A stretch of 64,000 nucleotides of DNA from an uncultured Methanoregulaceae archaeon (GCA_963737635.1 CAVTTL010000001.1:2240001-2304000), one strand, 5' to 3'. Counted from the stretch's first letter, positions 1 to 10,146 are shown. Numbers and translations: made by a program. Notes: generated from the letters alone by a model not told the origin.

Positions 1-432
1 CGTCCCGGTTTGGTTGAAAGTGAATTGGAATGTGTCCCCCTGATGGAGGACCGGTGAACTGAATAATACCGGCGATGGTTCCACCGAAGTGGCAGTATGA
101 TAAACAGGGTCGAGGTTTGTCCATGTCACTGTAGTCCCTTGTTTCACCGTTATTGATGCGGGAACGAATGAATAATTCTGGATGGCAACCGATGCATTCC
201 CCGAATAGACCGCTACTGTTGCTACGGGAGAGACAGGTGCTGACATCACCATTGTTGTTGTGGCAGGTGGAACGGGTGTTGTTTCTATGGTTTGAAGGAC
301 TGTTTGCGACGGCGAGGCAGTAGGTGTCGGCATCTGCGATGACGATGGAGACATACATCCAGCAATCGAAACGGCGGCGATGAGGATAAGGGTAAAAGCC
401 GCTCCAGGTACAAGGTATGTATGGGCGTGCAT
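1..432 (-). CDS. Cupredoxin (plastocyanin/halocyanin-like) blue copper lipoprotein, C-terminus runs off window
   Basis: Manual translation from ATG at 432 (not in the ORF track): MHAHTYLVPGAAFTLILIAAVSIAGC (lipobox-like), Thr/Pro linker, then VAIQNYSFVPASITVKQGTTVTWTNLDPVYHTATS...GDTFQFTFNQTGT, a typical cupredoxin fold. Confidence 0.85.
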   Translation of the reverse strand, partial: MHAHTYLVPGAAFTLILIAAVSIAGCMSPSSSQMPTPTASPSQTVLQTIETTPVPPATTTMVMSAPVSPVATVAVYSGNASVAIQNYSFVPASITVKQGTTVTWTNLDPVYHTATSVEPSPVLFSSPVLHQGDTFQFTFNQTGT

Positions 433-556
433 ACCCCCACATGATACGGACATATATTAATAATCTTCCCTGGTACAGAACGTCACCGGGCGGAGTTTTC
501 ACCTCGAAAGAGTTTGCAAGACAAAATTAAGGCAGTTTTGAACGTACTATCAAATT

Positions 557-645
557 GCTCAGGGTAAGAGTCAGCAGCACGGGCAGATATGGGAGGGCAG
601 CATGGTGGCATGCTTATCCCTCCCGGCTTCCTTACCCGCCTGAGT
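557..645 (+). ncRNA. Candidate structured RNA (long interrupted hairpin) in intergenic region
   Basis: Nested complementarity: 558-561/641-644, 562-568/631-637, 569-572/625-628, 591-597/618-624, 599-604/609-614. G-U pairs form on the + strand. U-rich tract at 710-717. Confidence 0.35.
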
Positions 646-715
646 CTCGGCCTGCTATCAATCACCCGGGTTCCGGCGTACTCATCGGAGCTGAGTTTTC
701 CATTGGGGGCTTTTT

Positions 716-1750
716 TTACACACCATCATGCCGACGGACAAATACAAAAAGAAGAATGCCACCCATGCATGCACCGATCGTCACGGCCACCGGGAGGGGG
801 GTAAGATTTCCCGGTACGAGCGACGCGGATTTGAGTTCAATAGTGCAGTTGACCGACTCGTCTGCGATCACTCCGACTTGAACTTCGATCGGGATATACC
901 CGTTGAGAGTTGCGTTGATCGTGTGGTTACCCGCCGCAAGACCGGCCTCGGTTAGCGGGGAGAGCCCAACGTTAATCCCATCAAGAACGATCCGCGCTCC
1001 CTCCGGGTTTGTATTTATTAAAAGGGTTCCGGTTTTTGGCTGGAGCGCTGCATTCACTTCTGTAATCGCGCCAGCCTCGACAGTAGCCATTGTAGATATG
1101 GGCTCGTAATTAAACTTGGAAAAATTGATCTGGTACGCGCCGGGACTCAGCCCGGAGAGATTCATCGGTGTATGTCCCTGATAACTCCCGTTGATAACAA
1201 CTGAGGCATTGCCCGGAACCGAACTGATATCGAGAGTACCGGGAACCACTACGGGGGTAACGATGCTCCCAGGAGATGTGGTAGCGGTAACGGAGCTGAT
1301 ACCGGGACCGTTCAGTGATACCGAAATGGTACGTGTACTCCGCTTCATTCAAGTTAGAAAGGTCGTTTGGTCCATCGACAACCCAGATCGTATAGGTGCC
1401 GGCATCGAGACTTCCCCCAGCGACCCGGTATACCAGTTATATTCCCAGTGATTGTTACTGTCGACACTGACCTGCGTAAATCCTCCCTGATCGGCACGGT
1501 TGTTGATATTATCCAGCGCTACACCGTTTGCCGGGAGGTTTGGCCCGGTCAGGAAGAGATAGACGGTCTGGCTGGAATAACTATATCCGGATAGCGGTAT
1601 CGTTTCACCAATGTATGCCTGAACCGAACCGGCTGCCGCTACAACACTTACAACTACAAAGAGAAGGAGAATCCCGGCACACAGGATCCGGTATATACGT
1701 ATCGTTCCCGTCATGCAGGTTTTTTTACCGGTATCCGCTGTTTGTACCAT
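716..1750 (-). CDS. PEGA-domain cell-surface protein with C-terminal TM anchor (two compensating indels near 1415 and 1333)
   Basis: ORFs 1349-1750 and 716-1348 are in the same frame and the shifted frame bridges them (SLDAGTYTIWVVDGPNDLSNLNEAEY). Signal peptide, two PEGA repeats (GTLDISSVPGNASVVING; GTLLINTNPEGARIVLDG), C-terminal PLP-TM-RR. Confidence 0.8.
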
Positions 1751-1783
1751 AGTCAGGAATAAAAATGGAGTCTGGTTATACCT

Positions 1784-3307
1784 TTATTTGGCAGTTGTGT
1801 TTACCTTCGCAGTCGTATTCGACGTCAGAGGCAGGGTGGGGAGAGGTGTAAGCACCTGAGTAGGAGTGGGGGTAGGTGTGGCAAGCGAAACCTGCATATC
1901 AACGCTTCCATAGGGGATGGTTGTCGAATCGGTTTTTACAGTGGTGCCATCATTGTACACGTTAACCTTCAATGCATCACCGGAGCCATCCGTTTTCTGG
2001 ACAGATACAGCAATCGCGTACTCAGTCGGGATCCTGTAGAAATGATCTCCTGTATCAGTCACTTCCTGCTGCGCTCCCGGGACACCGACGGACCCGCTAT
2101 AGGTCTTGTCGTACGTAATCTCAACCCAGACGCCCGACTGCGGGACAACTGTTTGTGGGGTCGTCGGTACCTTAGTCACCACAGCAGTTAGGACCAGAGT
2201 TGGAGTCGGGGTTGGCAGGGGAGTCTGCGTTGTCGGCAGGGGTGTAGTAACCGGCGGGGCAACCGTATTCGACCCCTTGTTTTTCATCAGCATAAATCCC
2301 CCGCCCACAACCGCTATGATTACAATAACGATAATAATCGCAGCGATGAAACGCGTATGTTTTTTCCGGGGTAATTCAGGTACCGGGGGGAGTGGAGGAA
2401 TTGTCGGCACTGACGGGGCTGCGAGTGGGACCGCTACCGGTGCAGGATTGGTGGCTGCAACCGGAGCCGTCTCAGCGGGTGTCTCGGGGGCAGGCACCGG
2501 CGTTGCCGGCGGGACAGGTGCCGGTTCAGGGATCGCTGGTGGTATTCCCGTCCGGGGAACAGAATCCTCTATGAGGGGTTCGATTGAGTGGATGATCTGC
2601 TCGATTGGCCGACCCTTTCGATCCGCTTGTCCCATTCCCGTCACCGGAACTGCAGAGATCTACCCGCCGGAATAGAACTGCCCGGCCTCTTCCCCAGGAA
2701 TGACGACCTTTGTCCCGCATCGGTTGCAGAACGTTGAACCCGGGGGAATGCGGTTTCCGCATCTCCCGCAGAACGATCCCTCAGGAAGTGACGTGGTTTC
2801 GACGGGTTTAGGGGGGAGATGGCTGGTTTCCACTACAATCTTTTTTATGGGCCGGGCTGTTTCAATCTTCTTTTTTACCCCGGTATTACCGGGATAATCC
2901 GGGCGGGCTTCTCCCTGCGCCTGCGTATCGGTAACCATATCGGCCGGATACGCTGCTGCCTCGGCGATATTTTTCTTAAGGGCTTTTACCCATTCGTCAG
3001 CCTCACGCCTTCGCTCACCGGCGGTCTGCCTGACAAAGGTGAGCGCCATTTCACGTGTATCCGCCGTATCGGTCAGGATAGTGAGCGTAATGACCGGGTC
3101 ACGGATAGCATTCTCGCCAGCCGTTACATTCCGGATTGTGATCAGCGATATCTGCTGTGTCGGGACAACATTCTTCTCGCTGTCGATGATGATGAGGCGT
3201 CGATTGGTGAGCACCAGTTCAAACGGTACAGATTTAACCTTAACATGCTGCGCCGTCAGGACAATAGACTCATCACTTTTCAAGTCGGGATAGCCCATGA
3301 TTACCAC
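1784..3307 (-). CDS. PH-like domain / zinc-ribbon / Pro-rich single-pass membrane protein (interrupted by in-frame TAG at 2660-2662)
   Basis: bPH-like N-terminus (ELVLTNRRLIII), CxxC-x10-CxxC ribbon (FCGRCG..FCNRCG), Pro/Ala linker, TM helix, Thr-rich ectodomain. The two ORFs are in the same frame. Confidence 0.7.
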
Positions 3308-3387
3308 GTTCTCTACTATACGTTTGCATGACCTTTGACTAATAAGTATTTATCACGTATTTTATTTTACCGGTAAATGTCAGTCAC

Positions 3388-4674
3388 TTACCCGTTCCAA
3401 AGGCACTCGCGATCGTTCATATATGGTCGGAGCACCTGTGGTATGGTTACCGATCCGTCGCGGTTCTGGTAGTTCTCAAGGATACACCGTAACGCTCTCG
3501 AAGTTGCAATGGCAGTCGAGTTGAGTGTGTGGACATGCTGCTTGGACTCGAAATTTTCTTTGTCGCGCACCCGGATGTTGAGACTGGCTGCCTGGTATGA
3601 AGTACAGTTTGAGCAGGATACGACCTCTTTGTAAGCATTTTCCCGGGGCATCCATGCCTCGATGTCATATTTCTTTGCTGCGACCGTCCCGATGTCCCCG
3701 GTGCAAATATTAACCACATGGTACGGGAGTTCCAGTTTCCTGAACACATCTTCGGCATTTGCAAGGAGTTCTTCGTGGATCTGCCATGAATCCCCGGGCC
3801 TGCAGAAAACAAACTGTTCGATCTTCGTGAACTGGTGAACACGGAAGAGTCCTTTGGTATCGAGACCGTGCGCCCCAATTTCCCTTCGGAAACAAGGCGA
3901 AATGCCAGCGAGACGTAAAGGCAGATCTTTTTCCTCGAAGATCTCATCCTGGTACATTGCAGCAATAGGATGCTCACTTGTTGCTATCAGGTACGCGTCA
4001 TCGTTATCAATCTTGTACATGACTTTTTCAAAATCGTCAAGATCGGTGACGCCTTCGTATGAGCTGTGGTTGATCATGAACGGCGGGATGACCGGAGTGA
4101 ATCCTTTCTTTTCGAGGAGATCGAGCGCAAAGCGCTGAAGTGCGAGGTCCAAGAAGACGAGGCTGCCTTTCAGGAAATAGAAACCCGCACCAGAGATCTT
4201 TGCCGCCCTTTCAAAATCGGCCCAGCCTTTGTCGGCAGCAAGCTGCCCATGGTTCCGAATCTCGAAATCGAAGGTTCGGGGCGTACCGACACGACGGACC
4301 TCTACATTCCCGGAATCATCACATCCCTCCGGGACACTCTCATGAAGAATGTTTGGCAGGCGCATAAGCCGGGTGCGGATAAGGTTTGAAATCGCCTCCT
4401 GCTCAGCGTCATTTTCCTTGATCTTTTTGGGAAGTTCGGCAGCTTCTGCCATCAGAGGCGCCGGGTCTTTCCCGGTTTTTCGCGCCTCGTTGATCTCCCG
4501 TGCTATGGTGTTTCTCCGGCGTCGCAGTTCATCGGTCTGTACTTTAAGCTCCCGGGAATGTGCATCCTTTGCAAGTATTTCGTCCACCCATGCAACCTTA
4601 TCCTGAGCGTTTCTTTTGAGCAGATCGGCTTTTACAATCTCCGGGCTTGCCCGGACAAACCTGATTTCAAGCAT
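3388..4674 (-). CDS. serS: Seryl-tRNA synthetase (canonical type)
   Basis: N-terminal coiled coil, LIATSEHP, motif 2 FRREIGAHG..GLFRVHQFTKIEQF, EVVSCSNC, HTLNSTAIATSR. GAGGTG RBS upstream of ATG 4674. Confidence 0.97.
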   Translation of the reverse strand: MLEIRFVRASPEIVKADLLKRNAQDKVAWVDEILAKDAHSRELKVQTDELRRRRNTIAREINEARKTGKDPAPLMAEAAELPKKIKENDAEQEAISNLIRTRLMRLPNILHESVPEGCDDSGNVEVRRVGTPRTFDFEIRNHGQLAADKGWADFERAAKISGAGFYFLKGSLVFLDLALQRFALDLLEKKGFTPVIPPFMINHSSYEGVTDLDDFEKVMYKIDNDDAYLIATSEHPIAAMYQDEIFEEKDLPLRLAGISPCFRREIGAHGLDTKGLFRVHQFTKIEQFVFCRPGDSWQIHEELLANAEDVFRKLELPYHVVNICTGDIGTVAAKKYDIEAWMPRENAYKEVVSCSNCTSYQAASLNIRVRDKENFESKQHVHTLNSTAIATSRALRCILENYQNRDGSVTIPQVLRPYMNDRECLWNG

Positions 4675-4960
4675 CTGATGCACCTCTACGATAATCCCTG
4701 GCCTTTGTCCAAAGGGATCTTCTGGCTAATGTAATTCCTGTATTAGTGTAACATGTTTTACCTTATTATGTTTCGATGCGCATCCAGGTAAATCCACATA
4801 ACACTATTATGTTGTTAAATTTATCGGAGAATTTTTGTTTTAAATTGCCCGATTTGAATTTCGTTTGCGTAAAAACGGCAGAATTGCGCCAGCGTAAAGA
4901 ATCTATGACCGTGATAATCCCAAAAACCAAAAAAACGCCCGTCGGAAGCGATATTATTAT

Positions 4961-5093
4961 ATGAGCTCGGCGTCAACTTTTAAGAAATGAGGAGACGGGC
5001 TGTTCTGCTCGTGCTCTCCGACTGCCATTCGGATCGAATGGGGGGATGATCGGCACAATGCACTGATTAAAACAATGAGTTCGTGGGTGACGC
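4961..5093 (+). promoter_or_regulatory. Structured 5' leader upstream of the Mg2+ transporter operon
   Basis: Hairpins 4991-5019 and 5024-5041. 4970-4975 is complementary to 5088-5093, overlapping the GGGTGA RBS. 20-codon uORF at 4987-5049. Confidence 0.35.
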
Positions 5094-6362
5094 ATGGATT
5101 TTCTGTCTAAATTCTATTTTAACTACCGGAAAATAATCAAGACCATCCAGATATACCTGTTGCTGGCAGGTCCCGGGCTTATCGTGATGATTGCGGACAA
5201 CGACGCCGGTGGCATTACTACCTATGCTGCAACTGGTGCGCAATACGGATTCAACCTTATTTGGTTCCTCATCTTACTCGGGCCTGTTGCGTATTTTGTG
5301 CAGGAGATGACAGTCCGTCTGGGAGCCGTCACCAAGCACGGGCATGCAGAAGCGATCTTCAATGCATTCGGCTCGTTTTGGGGTTGGTTCTCTCTCATTG
5401 ACTTAAGTGTTCTCAATTGGCTTACGATGGTCACCGAGTTCATAGGAATGACCGCGGCGCTCAGCATATTTGGTTTTCCACCAATACTTACTGTCATAAT
5501 TGTTATTCTTGTAATGTTCGGTATAGTCATGTCAGGACGGTACTGGACATGGGAGAAGATCACGATGGTCTTCTGCGTCGTCAACCTGATCTATATTCCG
5601 GCAGCAATCATTCTCCACCCCTCGGTTTCTGATATTCTCCAGAAGGGTTTAATTCCCAACTTTCCGGGAGGCTTTAACGGCCAGCTCTTCTTCTTCCTGA
5701 TGGCAAACATCGGAACAACGATCGCACCATGGATGATCTTCTTCCAGCAGAGCGCCGTCGTCGACAAGAATATGAAGGAGAAGGATATTCCGTGGGGGAA
5801 ATTTGATACAGTGATGGGGGCCTTTTTCACCGTTGTCGTTGCAATATTCGTCCTCATCGTGACAGGTACGCTCTTGTACGGCCAGAATATAAATGATGCC
5901 GGAGCCGCAATTAGGGCGATAATGCCCATCCATCCCTATGTAGGTACCTTATTTGCCATCGGTTTATTTGATGCCGGATTCCTCGGCGCGATCTGCATCG
6001 CGCTTACCAGCTCATGGGCATTTGGGGAGGTTTTCGGATGGGCGCACTCGCTAAACTACAAGGTGAAAGAAGCATTTTGGTTCTACGTATTCTACTTATT
6101 AGGGCTGACGACCGCGGGAGCCGTCGTGCTCATTCCGGGAGCCCCGCTAGTACTAATTACTCTGTTTGTGCAAGTTGTCGCTGTGACTTTGTTGCCGGCA
6201 GCGCTGGTCTTCCTCATCATTCTCCTCAACAACGAGGATATTATGGGAAAATACAAAAATAGTCTCTTTGACAATATCGCGAACATATCGATCGTTGCGT
6301 GCATTATCGTATTGTCAACACTCTACGGCATTAGCACGCTGTTCCCGAACCTGTTCGGGTGA
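5094..6362 (+). CDS. NRAMP-family divalent cation transporter (Mg2+-type)
   Basis: GPGLIVMIADNDAGGITTY TM1 motif (DAGG variant rather than MntH DPGN), QEMTVRLG, IGTTIAPWMIFFQQS; about 11 TMs. Confidence 0.9.
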   Translation: MDFLSKFYFNYRKIIKTIQIYLLLAGPGLIVMIADNDAGGITTYAATGAQYGFNLIWFLILLGPVAYFVQEMTVRLGAVTKHGHAEAIFNAFGSFWGWFSLIDLSVLNWLTMVTEFIGMTAALSIFGFPPILTVIIVILVMFGIVMSGRYWTWEKITMVFCVVNLIYIPAAIILHPSVSDILQKGLIPNFPGGFNGQLFFFLMANIGTTIAPWMIFFQQSAVVDKNMKEKDIPWGKFDTVMGAFFTVVVAIFVLIVTGTLLYGQNINDAGAAIRAIMPIHPYVGTLFAIGLFDAGFLGAICIALTSSWAFGEVFGWAHSLNYKVKEAFWFYVFYLLGLTTAGAVVLIPGAPLVLITLFVQVVAVTLLPAALVFLIILLNNEDIMGKYKNSLFDNIANISIVACIIVLSTLYGISTLFPNLFG

Positions 6363-6375
6363 GGGAGGGAGAGAA

Positions 6376-6588
6376 ATGGTAGCAATTGAAAGTGTCTTCG
6401 GGGATCGGATAGGAAGTATCCTACGGAATTCGACGGAAAAGATCCGCAGCATTAACCAGAAATATGCGAAGCCTCAGATCAAACTATCAAGAGGAGCGGC
6501 GTTCGCCCTTCTCGGCCTCAGGCTGTACCTCATCCTTCTAGTTGTTCTGCTTGCCTACAAATTCTGGACAATTGTTACGGGAGCCTGA
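6376..6588 (+). CDS. Small (70 aa) single-TM protein of the Mg2+ transporter operon
   Basis: ATG 6376 after GGAGGGAG; C-terminal TM FALLGLRLYLILLVVLLAYKF; tightly packed between the two flanking genes. Confidence 0.75.
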   Translation: MVAIESVFGDRIGSILRNSTEKIRSINQKYAKPQIKLSRGAAFALLGLRLYLILLVVLLAYKFWTIVTGA

Positions 6589-6589
6589 C

Positions 6590-7870
6590 ATGACGCAGAA
6601 CGAGACTGCCGCGGGTGCGGCAAAGATCGCAGACCTAGAAATCTTTCTAAGCGAGATCCTGAGTATCCCGGTCATCCTTCGGGGAAAAAAAATAGGCACA
6701 CTCAGCGACCTGATCATTGTGGAGACGGCCCGGATACCTGAAGTAAAATCACTGTATGTCACGCGATCGTTTGGGAAACCCAGCCTTATCATACCTTGGG
6801 AAAACGTTGTGGAGCTGGCTGAACGCCAGATCGAGGTCGATATTCCTAATCTTGAACAATTCGAGGCGGAACCTGCCGAAGATGCAATCCTTCTCAAAGA
6901 TTATGTGATGGATAAAAAGGTGCTCGATCTTGAAGAAAGCGAAGTAGAGGTCGTGTATGATATACGGCTCATCCAAAGAAACAAAAAACTCTATGTGACT
7001 GATGTGGATACGGGGAAATCTGCACGTCTGAGAAGATTCGGCCTAGGACTGTTTTCAAAGATCGTCTCCGCTGATGCCAAGGATGACCAAATGATCTCCT
7101 GGGCCTATATCCAGCCGCTACCCACCAACATCGGCAGTTTCAAAGGTAACGTGAAACTGAAAGTATTAAAGGAAAATCTCGCGGAAATTCACCCGGTTGA
7201 CCTTGCTGATATTCTCGAAGAACTCGATCACGATCAGAGGGTTGCTGTCTTTACTTCGCTTGACAACGAACATGCATCTGACACTTTAGAAGAGATCGAG
7301 CCAAACGTCCAGCGGGATATTATTGCCTCTCTCGATATAGAAAAAGTGGTTCCTCTTATCAACACCATGACGCCCGGTCAGGCTGCCGATGTCCTCTCGG
7401 CCATCCCCCATTCTCAGGCCGAGGATATCCTTGAGGCCCTCAGCCCCGATACGGCAAAGAAGGTGCGTGCGATCATGGAGAAACAGGAGGAGAAGGTGAT
7501 CCATTACACAACCCAGAAGATCCTGAAATTCCTCCCGGATACGCTGGTCGAGTACGTACAGAACGATTATCCGAGTCATGCCCGGGGAAAAGATGTCATC
7601 ATGTACGTCTACGTGGCGGATTCAGGAGATCATCTGCTGGGGGTCGTCGATCTCAAGGATCTGCTGATTGCAGACGACAAAGCGCCCCTCGCAGCGATCA
7701 TGTCAGAAAACGTGATCAGCCTGAATGAAGGCAGCACGCTCAAGGAAGCTTCGCAGGAGTTCGAGCGATACGGTTTCCGGGCCCTGCCGGTCACTGATGA
7801 CGATAACCGCCTTATCGGGGTTATCCCCTACCGCGATGTCATGAACCTGACCCATCACTTCCTCGAATAA
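6590..7870 (+). CDS. MgtE intracellular-domain protein (PRC-barrel + MgtE_N + CBS pair, no TM)
   Basis: PRC-like repeats, HPVDLADILEEL MgtE_N motif, CBS domains (YVYVAD..LLGVVDLKDL; ALPVTDDDNRLIGVI). Confidence 0.9.
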   Translation: MTQNETAAGAAKIADLEIFLSEILSIPVILRGKKIGTLSDLIIVETARIPEVKSLYVTRSFGKPSLIIPWENVVELAERQIEVDIPNLEQFEAEPAEDAILLKDYVMDKKVLDLEESEVEVVYDIRLIQRNKKLYVTDVDTGKSARLRRFGLGLFSKIVSADAKDDQMISWAYIQPLPTNIGSFKGNVKLKVLKENLAEIHPVDLADILEELDHDQRVAVFTSLDNEHASDTLEEIEPNVQRDIIASLDIEKVVPLINTMTPGQAADVLSAIPHSQAEDILEALSPDTAKKVRAIMEKQEEKVIHYTTQKILKFLPDTLVEYVQNDYPSHARGKDVIMYVYVADSGDHLLGVVDLKDLLIADDKAPLAAIMSENVISLNEGSTLKEASQEFERYGFRALPVTDDDNRLIGVIPYRDVMNLTHHFLE

Positions 7871-7944
7871 GGTGGGAACAGATCAGGTATTGGGGCTGGT
7901 GTTATTTTTTCCGCGATCATGGCAAAGAAACGGGCAATCCGATA

Positions 7945-8589
7945 ATGGAAGCATCGATGAGCATAGATCGTAACGCAGAAAACTGGGAAAAGGATTACTC
8001 ACATCGGGGACGCATCTGGGGCGGCGCTATGCATCATCCTCTGCCACTCAGCGCCGGAGACCGTGTACTCGAACTTGGGTGCGGAAGCGGGAAGACCTGT
8101 AATTTATTATTGGAAAAAAAGTGCGAGATTATTGGAGTCGATTTCTCAGCTTCCGCACTACACCTGTGCAGATCTTACACACCGGAGAGAACGGAAGGAC
8201 ATTTTGTCCTCGCGGATGTCTGCGGCCTACCCTTTCCTGATGCATCGTTTGATGTCATCATCGCCTTCCATATCATCGGCCACCAGTCCGCCGAAGGACG
8301 TACGATCTGCGTTAATGAAGCCGCCCGGGTAATGAGAGATGGGGGAACCCTGTATTTTTCCGGTTTTTCCAAGGAGGACTTCCGTTCCGGTACTGGTAAT
8401 GAGGTTGAACCGGGCACCTTCATGCGGAAAAGCGGGATCGCCACCCACTACTTCTCTGAGGATGAAGTATTGGCACTTTTCCGGGGACTGATTCCCTGTG
8501 AATGTTTTACCCGGCACTGGACGATGAAAGTGCGCGGACATTTGCTTCCCCGTGCCGAGATTGCAGCCTCATTCAAGAAAAACTCCTAA
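7945..8589 (+). CDS. Class I SAM-dependent methyltransferase
   Basis: VLELGCGSG motif I, GVDFS, LPFPDASFDVI. Confidence 0.9.
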   Translation: MEASMSIDRNAENWEKDYSHRGRIWGGAMHHPLPLSAGDRVLELGCGSGKTCNLLLEKKCEIIGVDFSASALHLCRSYTPERTEGHFVLADVCGLPFPDASFDVIIAFHIIGHQSAEGRTICVNEAARVMRDGGTLYFSGFSKEDFRSGTGNEVEPGTFMRKSGIATHYFSEDEVLALFRGLIPCECFTRHWTMKVRGHLLPRAEIAASFKKNS

Positions 8590-8681
8590 AATACCGGGCA
8601 TATCGTTAAATCAAGTCATAACAAGAAGGAATTATTAAATGGCGTAACAACCTTCTTTTCTTCCTCACGGGAAGTGATTGT

Positions 8682-9215
8682 ATGAAGAAACTATTCCTTC
8701 TTGTACTGTTTGTGTGTATCGCAATAGTCGGATGCGTCATGGCAGCAGTTCCTGCTGCCAACCAGACCCCCACCGTAAACGAAACAACGGCCCCGCAGCT
8801 TATCGGCGGAGACATGGGTACCTACCTTGTCACAGCAAACGTTAACGGGGCAAACGTCACCTTCGATTCGGATTACAAAGGTGTTATTACCGGTGGCCAG
8901 CTTGCTGTCAGCGTGTACACCACCGGTACCCCATACCGTATTATCACAGTCGAGGCTCCTGGCTATGCCATTTATTCTGCGAATATCACGCAGTACCCGG
9001 GGAAAAACGAGACCGTAGATATTCCGGTTACGCTGGTCCCGCTTGCTGCGGCCAACACCACCGTTCAGGCAAATGTGACTTCAATGGTAAGCCTTTCTCC
9101 AGAAATGACTACAGCTGCCGCGTCTCCGGCCCCCACCCAATCCGGTAGCCTGCCGTTTGCTGCCTGTGCAGCCTTTGTTGTCATCGGCATCTTCTCGATC
9201 CGATCACGGCGTTAA
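8682..9215 (+). CDS. Secreted PEGA-like surface glycoprotein with C-terminal sorting/anchor signal
   Basis: Signal peptide, GGDMGTYLVTANVNGANVTFD, many N-x-T sequons, TQSGSLP-TM-RSRR tail. Confidence 0.75.
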   Translation: MKKLFLLVLFVCIAIVGCVMAAVPAANQTPTVNETTAPQLIGGDMGTYLVTANVNGANVTFDSDYKGVITGGQLAVSVYTTGTPYRIITVEAPGYAIYSANITQYPGKNETVDIPVTLVPLAAANTTVQANVTSMVSLSPEMTTAAASPAPTQSGSLPFAACAAFVVIGIFSIRSRR

Positions 9216-9380
9216 ATAAATCATCTTCTTTTTTCAAGTCCGTTCTGGCGAATCGGTGTTACGCTGGTGCCCAATGCTATTGATTGCGTATTAGTACCAC
9301 GGTCAGCCCGGTTTTTACTGCAGCTTATTGTCCCGTGTCCTATGTTGATATAGGCAGTTTGTCCAATATCTATACTATTC

Positions 9381-10037
9381 ATGCTAGAATCGCTCGCAGG
9401 CCTCATCTTTCATCTTGATCAGCACTTGGCTGGAGTTGTACACACTTACGGTATGTGGACCTACCTGCTGTTATTCTGCATCATTTTTTTTGAGACCGGG
9501 TTTGTCGTCACTCCGTTCTTACCCGGGGATTCCCTGCTCTTTGTTTCCGGGGCACTGGCTTCAGTCGGCATTCTGAACCTTAATCTCCTGATCCTAGCCT
9601 TTTTTCTTGGGGCTGTATGCGGTGATACGGTCAATTACTGGCTGGGTAACTTCATCGGAATCCACGTTTTTCAGGAACGGTTCCCGAATCTCATAAAAAA
9701 GGAGTATATTGACGATACCTATGCCTTTTTCGAGAAGTATGGAGGTACAACCGTCTTTGTCGCCCGGTTCGTGCCAGTAGTCCGGTCGTTCGCACCGTTT
9801 CTTGCCGGTGTCGGTACAATGGAGTATCACCGGTTCCTCTTTTATAATGTGCTCGGGGCGATCTCCTGGACGCTTACCGTGGTTCTTGCCGGGTATTACC
9901 TCGGAAGGCTTCCCATTGTGCGGGAGAATATGAATCTGCTCCTCCTCTTTGTAGTCATAGTGACCGCTGGGACGATCCTCCTTCTCATTGCCGGGCTCAT
10001 TAATTCATACCTGCATAAGAAACAGCATGAGCACTAA
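9381..10037 (+). CDS. dedA: DedA/VTT family membrane protein
   Basis: FETGFVVTPFLPGDSLLF, GDTVNYWLG, ARFVPVVRSFAPFLAG. Confidence 0.92.
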   Translation: MLESLAGLIFHLDQHLAGVVHTYGMWTYLLLFCIIFFETGFVVTPFLPGDSLLFVSGALASVGILNLNLLILAFFLGAVCGDTVNYWLGNFIGIHVFQERFPNLIKKEYIDDTYAFFEKYGGTTVFVARFVPVVRSFAPFLAGVGTMEYHRFLFYNVLGAISWTLTVVLAGYYLGRLPIVRENMNLLLLFVVIVTAGTILLLIAGLINSYLHKKQHEH

Positions 10038-10146
10038 TGGTATGGGCTTACCGGTTTCGTATCAATCAATATCCTCTATGTGACCCTGTTTTTCAAACTT
10101 CAAAAAATAAGACATTTGTTCCTCATTCCTGAGGTGAACGCTTGGC

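Noticed and set aside
557-717. SRP RNA, RNase P RNA, TPP/fluoride riboswitch or hammerhead ribozyme
   Set aside because: The diagnostic motifs (SRP helix 8, CUGAUGA core, TPP CUGAGA) were not found by eye on either strand.
1840-2560. Pro/Thr-rich quasi-repeats (PTPTPT, PAPVPPATP)
   Set aside because: Ordinary low-complexity linkers of a surface protein, not a DNA repeat array.
2660-2662. In-frame TAG in the PH/zinc-ribbon membrane protein as possible pyrrolysine or read-through
   Set aside because: TAG is a normal stop for several genes here (pgk, the HTH kinase, ridA, U32), no pyl genes are visible, and the assembly is error-prone. A base error or nonsense mutation is more likely.
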